The position numbers and the translations under genes were made by a program. Under the pieces are notes generated by a model. That model was not told the DNA's origin. It was given only the letters and a program-made list of their open reading frames with translations, and did no database searches. Source: the human T2T-CHM13v2.0 reference genome, Homo sapiens. Taken from it: DNA of 64,000 nucleotides. Positions 29,626-43,338 of this stretch are shown in pieces. The DNA is taken from assembly GCF_009914755.1 (NCBI RefSeq), contig NC_060927.1. One strand, written 5' to 3'. Positions within the stretch are counted from its first letter, which is position 1; every line of letters starts with the position of its first letter.

Positions 29626-29945
29626 GGCCGGGAGCAGTGGCTCATGCCTGTAATCCCAGCACTTTGGGAGGCCAAGGCGGGCAGATCACAAGGTCAAGAG
29701 ATCAAGACCATCCTGGCTAATACGGTGAAACCCCGTCTCTACTAAAAAAAAAATACAAAAAATTAACCAGGCGTGGTGGCGGGTGCCTGTAGTCCCAGCT
29801 ACTCAGGAGGCTGAGGCAGGAGAATGGCGTGAACCCGAGAGGCGGAGCTTGCAGTGAGCCGAGATTGCACCACTGCGCTCCAGCCTGGGCGACAGAGCGA
29901 GACTCTGTCTCAAAAACAAACAAACAAACAAACAACAACAACAAC
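29626..29945 (+). mobile_element. AluY flanked by long direct repeats
   Basis: ACCATCCTGGCTAA, GAATGGCGTGAACC; (CAAA)n/(CAA)n tail. Confidence 0.92.
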
Positions 29946-31651
29946 AAAAACTGGGGAATGGGGCGAGGGTTAATCAATCTGACTTTTACTGTTTTACAAA
30001 GCAGAAAATATAAATTTCCACCCAGATCAGTCAGGTATTAATCTGAAATTAGAAGTAAAACTATCAGGACATTTCCTTTCTTCAACCTCTGAAACTCCCA
30101 GAAGCTTGCAGAATTCCCTCTAATAGTCACTTAACAAATAGAGTTATCTTCTTCACTAAAAATTCAGGTGTGTTTTTAAAATAAGGGGATATCCTGATGA
30201 TTTGTCATTGGAGCACTAAATCTCTTTTGGTTTGGCGTTCCCAGTTCATGAATTGCTTCTTACTCAAATATACTCTTTAAAATAATAATAATAATAATAA
30301 TAATAAAATAAGGGGATATCTAAACTAGCATACTGACACATGGAGGTGGGAAAAATATAATACTCTTTCACTTACCTAACACTTTACCTTCAAAGCATCT
30401 TACTGATAACTAACGCAGCTGTACTGCTTAATAATTTTGTCACTGCAACAAAGAAAGAGCTGATCTAATTAAAATACAACTGAACTTGAAGAAGCCCTAT
30501 GTTTTTACCTTTTTTTCTCTAGGCAGTAATAATGAGCACTAGCAGCAAAAATCCTTCCTTTTGGAGTCCTAAGAAATTATTCTAAATTTTTACCTTTCAT
30601 CATCAAGTCCATATCTATATCCTATCTTGGATCCAATACATTATGCAACTGATGTATTGAAATAGCAGCAGCCTCAGTTTCCAAGTCTCCCTGATGCTTC
30701 AGTCTGTGCCCTCTAGTATCTAGGGCAACATATTTGTCATGTGGAATATGTCCAATGCATTTAGCTGGTAAATTTAGAATAAATCGCAAGAACAATCGCC
30801 TGGGGCCCTCAAAAAGGCCACATACATCTACAGAATATTATTTAGGAAAGTATAACTTAAGGGTGAAAACAGCTGGTGAAACTGCTCTGTAGCTGAAAGC
30901 TGAGAAGCTTCTCCATTTTAGTACTCTCATTTAGATTTTAAGCATCTTTTTGGGGACTGTTAAAAAGGTAGTCTGTGGAAAGCACACGGTGCAACTGTGA
31001 CTTTGCACATGTCACATATGTTTCAAGTTTAAAATGGGGTTATTATTTTTTTCTTATCTTCAGGTGCTAATGCATCCAAATGGGTGATAGATACGGAGAG
31101 AATCTATTTTTTGAAAGTTGGTTGAATTTAGAAATTACTATGTGAATCAAGTATTAATGTATTCAATATCCATTTGCACTCCTGAGTTTATTTAGATACT
31201 TTACGTAAAAGTGAAGGGGCAGGAATATAGGCAGGGTATTTAATGTGAAGCTCTCTCCCGTTAATAAAGATCAATTACCCCAAGATTTGCAAAAAAAAAA
31301 AAAGAGAGAGAAAAAGAAAGAAATGTGCGAGAAGTTTCCTAAAATTTAAGGTAGGGGGAACGGAGTTTGCAAACTCCTTTCACCCCGATGGGCATTAGCA
31401 GACACCTCCGGTTTTAGAAAAGCGTTACAAACAGTTCTTCCACGATGCTGCCCACCAAAGCCGTAATGTGCCCAGACCCCAGAGCTCCTAGAGCATTTCA
31501 CTCAGGGTAATGCTGGCTTTGGGGCGGTCAAGGCAGGGGCGTGTCAGCTCAGGATGAAGAGGCAGGAAGCACAGACGGGCCGCGACTGGCTTCCTGACTG
31601 CGCCGCGCCTTGGGAAAGTCCCCGCCCTCCAAAGCTCTCGATTGGGATCAC

Positions 31652-31741
31652 CTTGGGACTCGGCTTCCTTGTGAACCGTTTCCAGCGATTCAGCCCCATC
31701 CTTTTCTTTGAGAAGGACCTTCCCTGAGGCGCCAGGAGCAT
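31652..31741 (-). CDS. CCDC191: CCDC191 coding exon 1 (MLLAPQGRSFSKKRMGLNRWKRFTRKPSPK)
   Basis: ATG at 31741-31739; 90 nt ending AAG|GTGATC; matches the recalled KIAA1407/CCDC191 N-terminus; in frame with the next exon. Confidence 0.93.
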
Positions 31742-31814
31742 TTTCCAAGTTCGAGCCCGAACCTCGGCCAAAGCTGCAGCAACCGCCCTTCTGCCCGGGC
31801 TGCCTCCGGGTCAC

Positions 31815-31829
31815 GCTGGGAATTGTAGT
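31815..31829 (-). promoter_or_regulatory. ZNF143/THAP11-HCFC1 SBS motif
   Basis: Minus strand reads ACTACAATTCCCAGC, the canonical motif enriched at bidirectional promoters. Confidence 0.82.
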
Positions 31830-31915
31830 TCCTCCGCCCGCAAGGAAAGCAGGCATAGGACACCGTCGAACCACCACTCCCACGAGGCTCTGCGCAGGCC
31901 GCTCGCGTTGGCTCA

Positions 31916-31929
31916 GTTACCATAGCAAC
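31916..31929. promoter_or_regulatory. RFX X-box
   Basis: GTTACCATAGCAAC, a near-palindromic match to GTTNCCATGGNAAC. Confidence 0.8.
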
Positions 31930-32019
31930 GGCAGAGGTCCCTCGCTCTTGCCGTCATCAAGGCTCGCTTGAATGTCGGCTTTGCTTTTTTTCTGGCGCCC
32001 AGTGATGACGCAGTACTCC

Positions 32020-32029
32020 CTGATTGGCT
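32020..32029 (-). promoter_or_regulatory. CCAAT box (NF-Y)
   Basis: CTGATTGGCT reads AGCCAATCAG on the minus strand; a TGACG half-CRE lies at 32006-32010. Confidence 0.6.
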
Positions 32030-32039
32030 CTGCACTGGA

Positions 32040-32139
32040 GGCAGTGATTTTGGGGCAGAGAATTTTGCAACACGTGGTAGTGAACTGTGAGGAGTTTGAG
32101 GGGTCTGAAGACTGAAAGAGTCGAATGGTTTGTTGGCAG
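32040..32139 (+). other. QTRT2: QTRT2 exon 1 (5' boundary approximate); contains an upstream ATG at 32125
   Basis: Perfect donor CAG|GTAAGT at 32139/32140 inside the CpG island. Confidence 0.75.
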
Positions 32140-32273
32140 GTAAGTGCCCCTTTGCCCTGCTGGTGTGGGAGCTGCTAGAGATGGATGAGTCACGTCGCGT
32201 CCAGACGCTTCCTGGTTGTGTTGCAGTAACGGTGATTGTACTCCCGCCATGTCTCCTCTGCTTCCCTTTTCAG

Positions 32274-32381
32274 GGTGTCCTGGTGGATTGGTTTCTGTAA
32301 GTTCAGATTCTCATAAATCGTGTGAGCGTCGCCGACACCTCTGAGATAAAAGGGCCCCTTTCGACTAGCCTCTGCTGAAAG
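32274..32381 (+). other. QTRT2: QTRT2 exon 2 (5' UTR, 108 nt, likely alternative)
   Basis: Strong pyrimidine tract CTTCCCTTTTCAG| and AAG|GTAGAG donor. Confidence 0.72.
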
Positions 32382-33796
32382 GTAGAGTTTTCAGGAAGTT
32401 TTTATTCCGAACTGCCCATGGGAGGGTGGGACCGTCTTCAATCTCTGAGCCAGGTGCCTAGGGAGGTCTGGGGCCATGGAGATGGCCCATGGAGCAAAGA
32501 TAAATCCAGGCTTATTGGCTTAGCCGAGGTGTTTCCAGAGACAGCCCATTTAGGGGTGATAAATGGGCTTATAAAGCAGAGTAAAGATTTAGAACAGGAG
32601 TTTTGAATTCAACTACTTTGTGGCTATATGACCCTAGGCAACTTGTTTAATAACTCAGAGACCCTGTTTTCTCATGCAAAATGGGGACGATAATACCTGA
32701 ATCACTGGAGTGTTGTAATGATTAAAAATAAATGTATGTGAAGCATTCTGCCAGGAAATGTAAACTAAAGTTGATTTGAAATTGGTGAAAATGAAGTTAG
32801 GGAAGCTATGCCCTCGGACTGTTGCAGCGATCCTAGGACCAGCTCTGTAACTGGTCTGTCTGAAAGGCGGTTGAATAAATTGTGCTCATACAAACTATGC
32901 AGTACCACGAAGTAGTTTTTTTCAAAAGGGTAAGTTAGCTTTATGTCTCTTCTTCAGGAAAGACGTCTAATGTTTATTCTTGAGAGAAAAGCAAATTGCA
33001 GAGAAGTGCATATATTATAGTATAATATGTTTCCATTTTTGTAAAAGCAAACCCTGACCAAAACACTCCCTCCCATATGCAAGTATGTTTAAATATTTGT
33101 ATGAGAATGGAGAAAGATTGCAGAGACTGGGAGGATGGATTAGAGGCGGGAGGGAGAAAGGGAAAAGAAGAAGAACACTATAGCAAAATGGAAACTAAGA
33201 TTATAATGTGCTTGTGTACCAGATGGAACTTCTAATAAGCTCCCAGCCTATTAGAGTACAGCGCTGAAAACTAGACTTCAATAATTAAAGTCCTTGCTCT
33301 GCCACTTACCAGCTGGGGATTTTATCAGCCTCAGTTTATCATACATAAAATGCAGATAATAATGGTATCTATATTATGCATTTGATCTGAGGATTAATGG
33401 AGTGAATATATAAAGAACAGTGCTTAATACATAGTAAATACCCGATAAATGTTAGTTGCTATTATTGTCTTTCTATATGTGAAATTAATTTAACTTTTAT
33501 TGTGATTACTGACATTTGGAATTCTACCATCTTATTTTGTGTTTTCTATTTCTTTTTTTTGGTCTCTTTTCCTTTCTTGCCTTTTATTAGGTTAATTCAT
33601 TTTTCTTTATCTTCCCACTTCCCTCTCCAGTGAGTTTGGAAATTATGCATTCTGTCATTAATCGTTTAACAGTTACTTCTGAATTTTTAACACACATACT
33701 CAACAAAGTTTAACGTCGTCGTTATCTCTTTCCCCCTACCAAATGGTGTAACGATTTCCGAATGCCTTGGAAAAATCTTCATTTACTGTTTTCTAG

Positions 33797-34300
<504 letters not shown>

Positions 34301-35659
34301 TAGGAAATTTTGGACATTTCCATGGCAGTATGTAGAGAATCCAGCTAGGAAACATTTAAAAATCCATTCTCTCCTGATAAATGAAGAGTGGAGGTGGTGG
34401 GTCGCACTGGAAGTGTTAGGACAGGTACGGTGTTGCCAGAAGTGCAGGGAATCTTTGTTAGTCCTTGTAAAGGTACAGATCCACTGACAGCCTGTCATTT
34501 GTCTTTACACTCTTAAGGGTTTTTCCTTAAGACTTTCTCAGGAATGCCATCTGTGACACCAGAAATATTAGAGCAGACCCACAACAAGTGAAAAGGGAAG
34601 GGATCATGATAAAGGCAAATAAAAACTAGTTAGTATTTTGGAGACTGTTGATCTGTTTCTTGAACTTTCCTTGGCAAAAAAGGAAATAATCACTCTCAAA
34701 GCATGTTTTTAAAAATATGTACATGAATATGTGTATGTGTGTGTACTATTTTATTACTTCATAGTAACAATTTATTGTATTTGAGCCTCTAGAAAAGAAG
34801 TGTAATTATAAAAAACATTTACCATAACCTGAACAATGAATGAAGAAAGGAAGACTTGGTTCTTCTAGCTCTGGACAAAATTCCATTTTTTTAAAAAAAA
34901 TATTGATTTCCAGCTGAAGTATAGTACATCTCTGATGTTTTCCTCAGATTTTAAAATATTTGCATTCATCCCCACAAAACAGAATCACTGACCATGGCAG
35001 TTTATTTTAATACTTTTTCTTAAACCCAGTCATCTGCTTTTGCTTCCTTATTTTTCTCTTCGTTAATATGTTGAGTTACTGTGATTAGGGTGGAACTTTT
35101 ATGAAGCCCCAAACAACAGAAGTGAGTATGTAGCACCAAAATCGTTCACTGTAGAGAAAGCCAAGTAGGTATTTCTCTCCAGCTGGCTGAGTGGGTTCAG
35201 TATTCTAAGCTGAGGATTTTGAATTTCATCTTTAAAGTTATTTGGGATTAAAGCATTATATCACAGGAGAGCCCATCTCTGCCTCTAAGAACATGGTGGC
35301 CAATGTCCTTTAGAGTTACAAAGGACCTCTAATTACAGACTTTCAGTTAAGAATCAAGAAAGTTGTTTCTTCAGTTGAGGAAAGAGTGGGAAGGGGAGAT
35401 GAGAGGGAAGGGGAGATGAGAAAGAAGAGAGAAGATGCCTTCAGGACTGAGTGGATGATTAATCACACTTGAGACTCGTTTGTTAAAAGATGGGAACTTC
35501 TAGAATATGTTCATTCTTTCCTTACACAAGGATGAAACTAAGAAGTCTTTGAGAGAAAGGTAAGTCTTGGAAGCCAATGGTCTGGGCTTCCAGGTCTGGC
35601 TGCCTTTATACTCTTAGAGAATCCTTGTGTCCAACCTTGGAGAATCTGAGATTGGTTGT

Positions 35660-35775
35660 TTGGTCATCTTCGCTTATCTGTGGGGAATATGTTCCAAGAC
35701 CCCTTGTGGATGCTGGAAACTGCAAATGGTTCCAAACCCCAGATAGATAGGTAGGTAGGTAGGTAGGTAGGTAGG

Positions 35776-35822
<47 letters not shown>

Positions 35823-36400
35823 GATAGATTAGATAGATAGATTAGATAGATCCAAACCCTAAATAGATAGACAGACAATAGACAGACAGTATGATGTTTC
35901 CTATCTATACATACCTATAATAAAGTTTAATTTATTAATTAGGCACAGTAGTAGATGTTAGTCACCTCGGCAAACAGTCTTTTTTCTTTTCCTAGTTGGA
36001 GAACTTTAACCTTTTCTCATAAGGGATCACTTTATGGCTTCCCTTTGGCATATCCGTATTGCCAGCATCACAACTCTTGTGCTGTGGGGCCAGTCGTAAG
36101 TAAAATAAGGGTAACTTGAACATAAGCACTGCAATACAGTGACGGTTGATCTGATCAATGTGACAGCTCCTAAGTAACTAAGGGGCGAGTGGCGTCTACA
36201 GTGTGAAGATGCTGGGCAAAGGGATGATTCACGTCCTGGGTGGAACAGAGCAAAATGGTGAGAGATTTCATTATGCTACTCAGAATGGCATGCAATTTCA
36301 AACTTATGTTTATTTCAGGAATTTTCCGTTTAATATGTTTGGACCTCGGATGTCCATGGGTAACTGAAACTGGAAAGCAGAACTGTGAATGGGGGTACTG
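35660..36400. mobile_element. MER44/Tigger7-like element
   Basis: CTTATCTGTGGGGAATATGTTCCAAGACCCC start; GGGGGTACTG end. Confidence 0.65.
35741..35850. repeat. Compound (AGGT)n(AGAT)n tetranucleotide STR
   Basis: Directly visible. Confidence 0.95.
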
Positions 36401-36829
36401 TGTTAAGAAAACCGATGGGTTTCCTTTTAGTTGCCTTTATGTACCTTCTTCTTCCCATTCTGATTCTATGCTTGCATGGCATATTTGGCTTCATGTATTG
36501 CATTCTATAGGGCAAACATGCCACTGACTGATCCACTTTGCTTTTTTCGATTCTCAGAGTAAATAATTGTGCATACTGATTTTATTGTTTAGTCTCTGAG
36601 GTTGATAGGTTTGAGCCTGACCCTGAGTGATGGCTCTGTGCTGGGTATATAGAAAAGATCAGGCTCAGCTTACCAGGCAGAAGCCTAAATCCCTTACCAG
36701 TGGCCAGCCAGCCCTCCAAGCAGTACAAGACTGTAAGGCACTGGAGGGAGCAGCAGCAGGTGGCTAATCTTTGAGCCCCTGTGTAATTCTGTTGGCACAG
36801 GTTAAAGAACTTGACAGCTGCTTTCTTTT

Positions 36830-37237
<408 letters not shown>

Positions 37238-37342
37238 TGAAAAATCTTGTTATTTTCAGTGGCCATGGTATGCTGCAGGATATTCTAAAAAAAAAAAAAA
37301 AAAAATCTGAATGCATCTCCTAGCATGTTAAATTTACTCTCA

Positions 37343-37666
<324 letters not shown>

Positions 37667-39152
37667 GAATAAAAAGAATACAGGCCTTTTGCAGGAGGCC
37701 CAGGTTCTAGACAAGCCTATGACTAAGCAGGCCTAGTCTCAGACTGATTACAATAAAATGGCAGAAGGGGTGATGTGGTGATGAGGAATTCCCAGGTAGG
37801 GGTCTCTGGTAGTAATGGAACTCTATAAACTATTTTCAGTATTTCTAAAGTCTAATGGTAATTATACAATACTGGGATATTAAGCACAGTTTTACTAAAG
37901 CAATGGGGTTTGTTGTTTTTACCTGGAATTCAGTTAACACAACATGGAAAAGCAGATTATCTCATGCTTGTCAGAAGCTTTGGTTGTCAGTCATTTGTGT
38001 CATTTATTAATAAACTGGAGAAACGAGAGCATAAATTTGATGAGGAGAGATAATAAAAGTAACATTCTAGAATCCTATACTTCATTTTTCAAACGTATTA
38101 GTTTTACCCAATGAAGGTTCTTCGTGCCTTTATATGAATTTAATTTAAAAAACACTGTTCATGGGTGTACATTTAAACTCTTTACATACTTTACACAGCT
38201 CAGATGAGAGAGTATTTTTGGAGTAAGATAGAATTTTTGGAGGAGCCAGCAAGTTCTTGTCTCTAGCCCTTTCTGAAATAGCTTCGGGCAACACAGTTTC
38301 TTCCGTTCTCAGACGTATGTGATAGTAGGAAATGCGTAAGTTACTGCAGCATTTAAAAATTCTGGTCCGTTTAATTTTCATTAGTTCTTATTTGTGTTTC
38401 AAGAAATCTAGTGTTCCATATTGGTTGATTTCAATATTCAGTCAGAACAACAGGTATTGATTCATGAAGCTTTGAAGTACATTTCTCATCTTTGTGCTTC
38501 CCCCTGCTTCAATTCTCCAGAGCTACTTAGATTACAAAAGTCTGTCTTAAATTTCACATTAGAACTCTGTTGGTTTAAAATATAAAATACATTTTTATCA
38601 CTTGAAATCAGTATTATCTGATAAATAAATAAAGATTACAATTCTTTTATATTTTCTACAGTATGCTTTTATTAGCTTATAAGTATAGTTTTACAGTTTT
38701 CTTAAATGAACCTTCTTGTTTTAGCAGTTTTAATGTGTAACAATAGGGTATGTAAAAAAATAGCTTTTATACTATTTATTAAAATATAACCTTTTTTTCC
38801 TTACCAGTCTCCATTTATGTGGGTTCTAATGACACTTATTTGTATGTTTCTATCTTAGTGATAACTTGAAATAATGATCTCATAGTTATAGAAAATTGAC
38901 CAGGCTTTCATCAAACACTTATATTAGTTTTTATAATTTGTGTTTAGCATAAAATCTCTTCTTAGACCATATAGAAAGTAGTTATTCTTTTTTTTTAAGA
39001 AAGTAGTTATTCTTATGTCTAAGATTCTAATGACAAAGATGGCTATTTTATTTAAATTTAAGAATTTATGTCTCCTAAAAAAAAGTAATGTTTTTATTCT
39101 TGAATATATTTAACTAATGATAGATATGTCTTATTTATTTGGTGACATTTTA

Positions 39153-39553
<401 letters not shown>

Positions 39554-40532
39554 CTAATAAAACTGGGCCTGGCCCAGTTTTTAAGAATTCCAGAAGATAT
39601 GGTACTTGCTGTAGAGATGTAATGAAGTATTTGTAAAATGTTGGTATGTCTGGTGACATTTAGCCGATGATGTGTGTGCTTATCAAGTTCTGTAGTGCAT
39701 TTTAAAAGTGGAACCCAGTATTTTGCTTCACTGAATACTAAATCATTTAGGAGCACCCAACAAGTAATTGATAATGTTTTCTGATTTTTTTTCCCTGTAT
39801 ATCTATAGAAGTTAGAAAGTGTATCTTTATTTTTTTCTTTAAACACATATTAGTCTTTCCCAGTTATAAAAGTAATGACACTTTGCTTATGGATTGCGTG
39901 TATGCTCCACACAGTTTCTCACTTCTGTTTGGATACCATATAAGAACAAATTGGGAAATAATCCGACCTCAGAGATCTGTTTATGTTTTGACATTTATTT
40001 TTCCATATATTTTCATAAACACCAGGATGCTCTTTTCTTCACTTAACAGCATTATTAGGAAAAAATTGCTATATTGCTTAGCCTTCCCTCAAATTGGAGA
40101 AAGAAAAAAGTGGATTATATCAATAATCAGTATGGCCTAAGCAGTGTTACTGTTCTCTGTATACATTTTCAAGGCTGAGAGAGCCTTGGCTTCATGGCAT
40201 TCTTTCCATGATTAGTCTTTCTAATTCTGTTCTTTCATTTGTTTGGTTTTCATCAGCTCAGACAAAAATTCCATGACTAAATTTAAAATTAGTTGATGCC
40301 AATATGTGGTTCTGGGACCTTAGGGAAGATGTCTTATTCTCTTTATGTCTTTTCCCATTCCCCCGTTCCTGATATCTATGAAAATATTTAGACTGGAAGC
40401 AGTAATAAGCATGCTATCATTCATTTTCCTGAAGATTTTTTTTTTTTGCAAAATGCTTGGCCTCTAGGTGTTGTGAAGCTCCTTCTATACTTAATGCTCT
40501 TTTCTTGACAGGACCTAGAAGAATCCCTTAGG

Positions 40533-40732
40533 ATGAAGCTGAGTCTTACCAAGGTAGTTAATGGCTGTCGCCTAGGAAAAATAAAAAACCTGGGCAAAAC
40601 AGGGGACCACACCATGGATATTCCAGGCTGCCTTCTGTATACCAAGACTGGCTCCGCCCCACACCTCACCCATCACACGCTGCATAATATCCACGGGGTT
40701 CCTGCCATGGCTCAGCTTACGCTGTCATCCCT
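40533..40732 (+). CDS. QTRT2: QTRT2 first main coding exon (exon starts 40512; [11 protein letters not shown]...LTLSSL)
   Basis: TTGACAG| acceptor at 40511/40512, ATG at 40533, CT|GTAAGT donor; RLGKI and PGCLLYT match the TGT-family N-terminus. Confidence 0.96.
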
Positions 40733-41502
40733 GTAAGTGTTAGAACCAATGATTCAAGTATCAACTGTGGCAGCAGCTTAGTTACCTTAGGTGCAAAAAA
40801 GAGAAATATTTTTTTTTGTTCATATATATAAATTGTCGATTTTCATAATGAAATCAGAAGAGAGGTTTCAAATATTATACATCTTCTGGCCCTAATCTGG
40901 AAGCCACAGGCCAGACCTATATGTTAGATCTGCTTCACTTTTCCTCCAAACCTACAGTCCCATACTGCCATGTCGCCACTGCTCCCAGGGGTGACAGGGC
41001 GGGGAATGTTCTGTGAGAGCTGCATTTGGAGTTCAGGAGCTGTTATCATGCACCAGCCTCAAAGTTTTTTCTGCCTTTGCACATATACTTGCTAATACTA
41101 CTTTATGGAAACAGAACTAAAGTTAGATCATTTTGTGTAATGTATATACTGACTTTATACTTAATTGAAAAGCCTACTATATGACCAATTAACATAATAG
41201 TCTGCAGCGTTGTGTTAACAACAGAGATTTTAAAGGGGCAAGAGAAGGAAGAAAATTCAAGTATTCTGAAGGAGTTGATCTTTGCCAGTTTCATGTCTCA
41301 CAGAACCACTAGCAAGTTGAAGGCCTTCGTTCTGGCTAATGAACCTAGCCTAATTAGTTAGAACTCTTGAATAATGGTGTAATTCAAGACAGCATTTACC
41401 ATGATGTAACTTATTTGGGTGAGGAGAAGAGGGCTCCAGTTGTACAGAGTATTTACAGAATGACACATTATTATGTTATGTATTTTTCTGTTTTGCTTAC
41501 AG

Positions 41503-41558
41503 AGCAGAACATCATGAAGTCTTGACAGAATATAAAGAAGGAGTTGGAAAGTTTATAG
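41503..41558 (+). CDS. QTRT2: QTRT2 coding exon (AEHHEVLTEYKEGVGKFI)
   Basis: TTACAG| acceptor, G|GTAAAA donor; 56 nt; phase 2-1. Confidence 0.95.
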
Positions 41559-43261
41559 GTAAAAATTAAGTTACTTATATGTGCCTTGTGATGTGTTAAT
41601 TTGGAGTTTGGAGGTGCTGTTACCTCTTTGATCTTTCATTCATATGTTTGTTTATTCATAAATTTAATAAGTATTATTTGAACATCTAAGAGCCAGGCAT
41701 TGGCAAGTCAAGATTGAATAGGAAACAGTTGCTGCTCTCATGGAATTTGGAGCCTAGCTGGGATAAAGATAGAGAATTCTAGTAAAAATTGTGGTTACTG
41801 CTTTACAGGATTAGGGATATGTATGGATATCATGACAGGCCAGAGGGCAGAGCATATAACCTGCTCTAGGGTATATGTGCAAGGTGGTCAGAATAAAAAA
41901 CGGATTCTTTTTTTTGTTTACGCCTCCATAAAAACCCAGAGAAAGGATTCTTGAGAGAGAAGTTGAGGGGCATTTTAGCTGGGTCAAGGAAGAGTAAAAG
42001 TTACCCAGGTTAGGAGTGGGAGCCCAGACAGGTGTGGGGCAGATGCTGCAGGCACTGAGTATCTGACTCAGCGGTGAGAACTTGCATGGGGCATTCGTGA
42101 GCTCCAAAGTAGTCTCATCATGCTTGAACCTCAAACATGCAGGGGAGGATGAAGCGTTTGTATATGGCTGTATTCTGATATGTTAATATTATCCTTTATT
42201 CCAGAAATAGGATTTTATATGCAGATGTATGCATCTATTTATTTATAGGAAAAGCTTAGCAGTGACAGCTAGAACATCAGTTCTTCTATACACCGCTTTC
42301 TCCTAACGCTTTTTCTGGTATCTAGGACTCACTTGAATGAAAATCCTGTTTCCATTGGTTATTCAGTCTTCTGCTTCTGAGAGCAGCTGCATGATGTCCT
42401 GTTGGTTATCACAAAGCCCTGTATTTTAGTAGAGGAATTTATGGAATATCATTCTCCTTGACCTGAGCCCAATTTTAATAACCAGCTTTAAAGTATACAA
42501 GCATATAATTAAATGAAAATAGCTAATGTAGGCTTTCTAGAGATAATTGTAATAATTGAAATTATGGAAAATAAAGTGAAAAAACTGCAGAGGTTTTACA
42601 CTTGCTTTTTTTTCACTGGAATCCTGTTTTATTTTCCTTAACGAAAATGTGGGCTAGCATATGATATTTAGGCACATGGTTTACTAAACTTTTTTTGCAT
42701 TTTTTAAAAAATGATTGTCTTTTTGACTGAAGAACTTAAGAAACTGTCATCGTGAATCAATGAAACTTACTAAGAATGGGATCCATTTGCAGCATCCTAT
42801 AGCTTCTCTAAAATTCTGCCCCTAGGGACCCATGATATTATTGAGATTTATTATTAGTGAGATCACTTTGTGGGCATATCATTTTATCTTTGCGGTAGCT
42901 AGTTCCCCTTGGATGGTACCTGGAATAAGCATATTTGATAGTAAATTCTTTAAGTAAAGTCAAATGAGATCAACATGTCACTAAATACTTTCATTGTATA
43001 TTGTGCTTTAAGATACATCTTTCCTTTGTAGCAGCTCAGTACCTATTTATTAGACGTGAAGCTTTATATTTCTTTCTTTAGATTAGTAATCTTTTTATAC
43101 ATATTGATAGGCCTTCTCTAATTCCAAGTTCAGATACAACCTATTGACAGTGTTTAGAGTTGCTTTATTCAGCAGTACACATTGCGAAGCTGCTCCCTGC
43201 TATAATACAGTGTCATTGTTGATGTAAGCACTTTCAAGGGTTCTTTTTTGTGTTTATACAG

Positions 43262-43338
43262 GCATGCCAGAATCACTCTTGTACTGCTCCCTGCACGATC
43301 CAGTCAGCCCCTGCCCGGCTGGTTATGTAACAAACAAG
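43262..43338 (+). CDS. QTRT2: QTRT2 coding exon ([14 protein letters not shown]...VTNK)
   Basis: ATACAG| acceptor, AAG|GTGTGT donor; 77 nt. Confidence 0.95.

Larger units (their letters stand above)
31520..32350. promoter_or_regulatory. CpG-island bidirectional promoter shared by CCDC191 (-) and QTRT2 (+)
   Basis: Only CpG-dense non-Alu stretch in the window; lies between the divergent first exons. Confidence 0.88.

Noticed and set aside
30194-30280. Possible C/D snoRNA (TGATGA near the 5' end of the orphan insert)
   Set aside because: No terminal CTGA box D and no terminal stem
31488-32250. Overlapping ORFs across the promoter
   Set aside because: Stop-poor GC-rich CpG island; only 31652-31741 has splice and protein support
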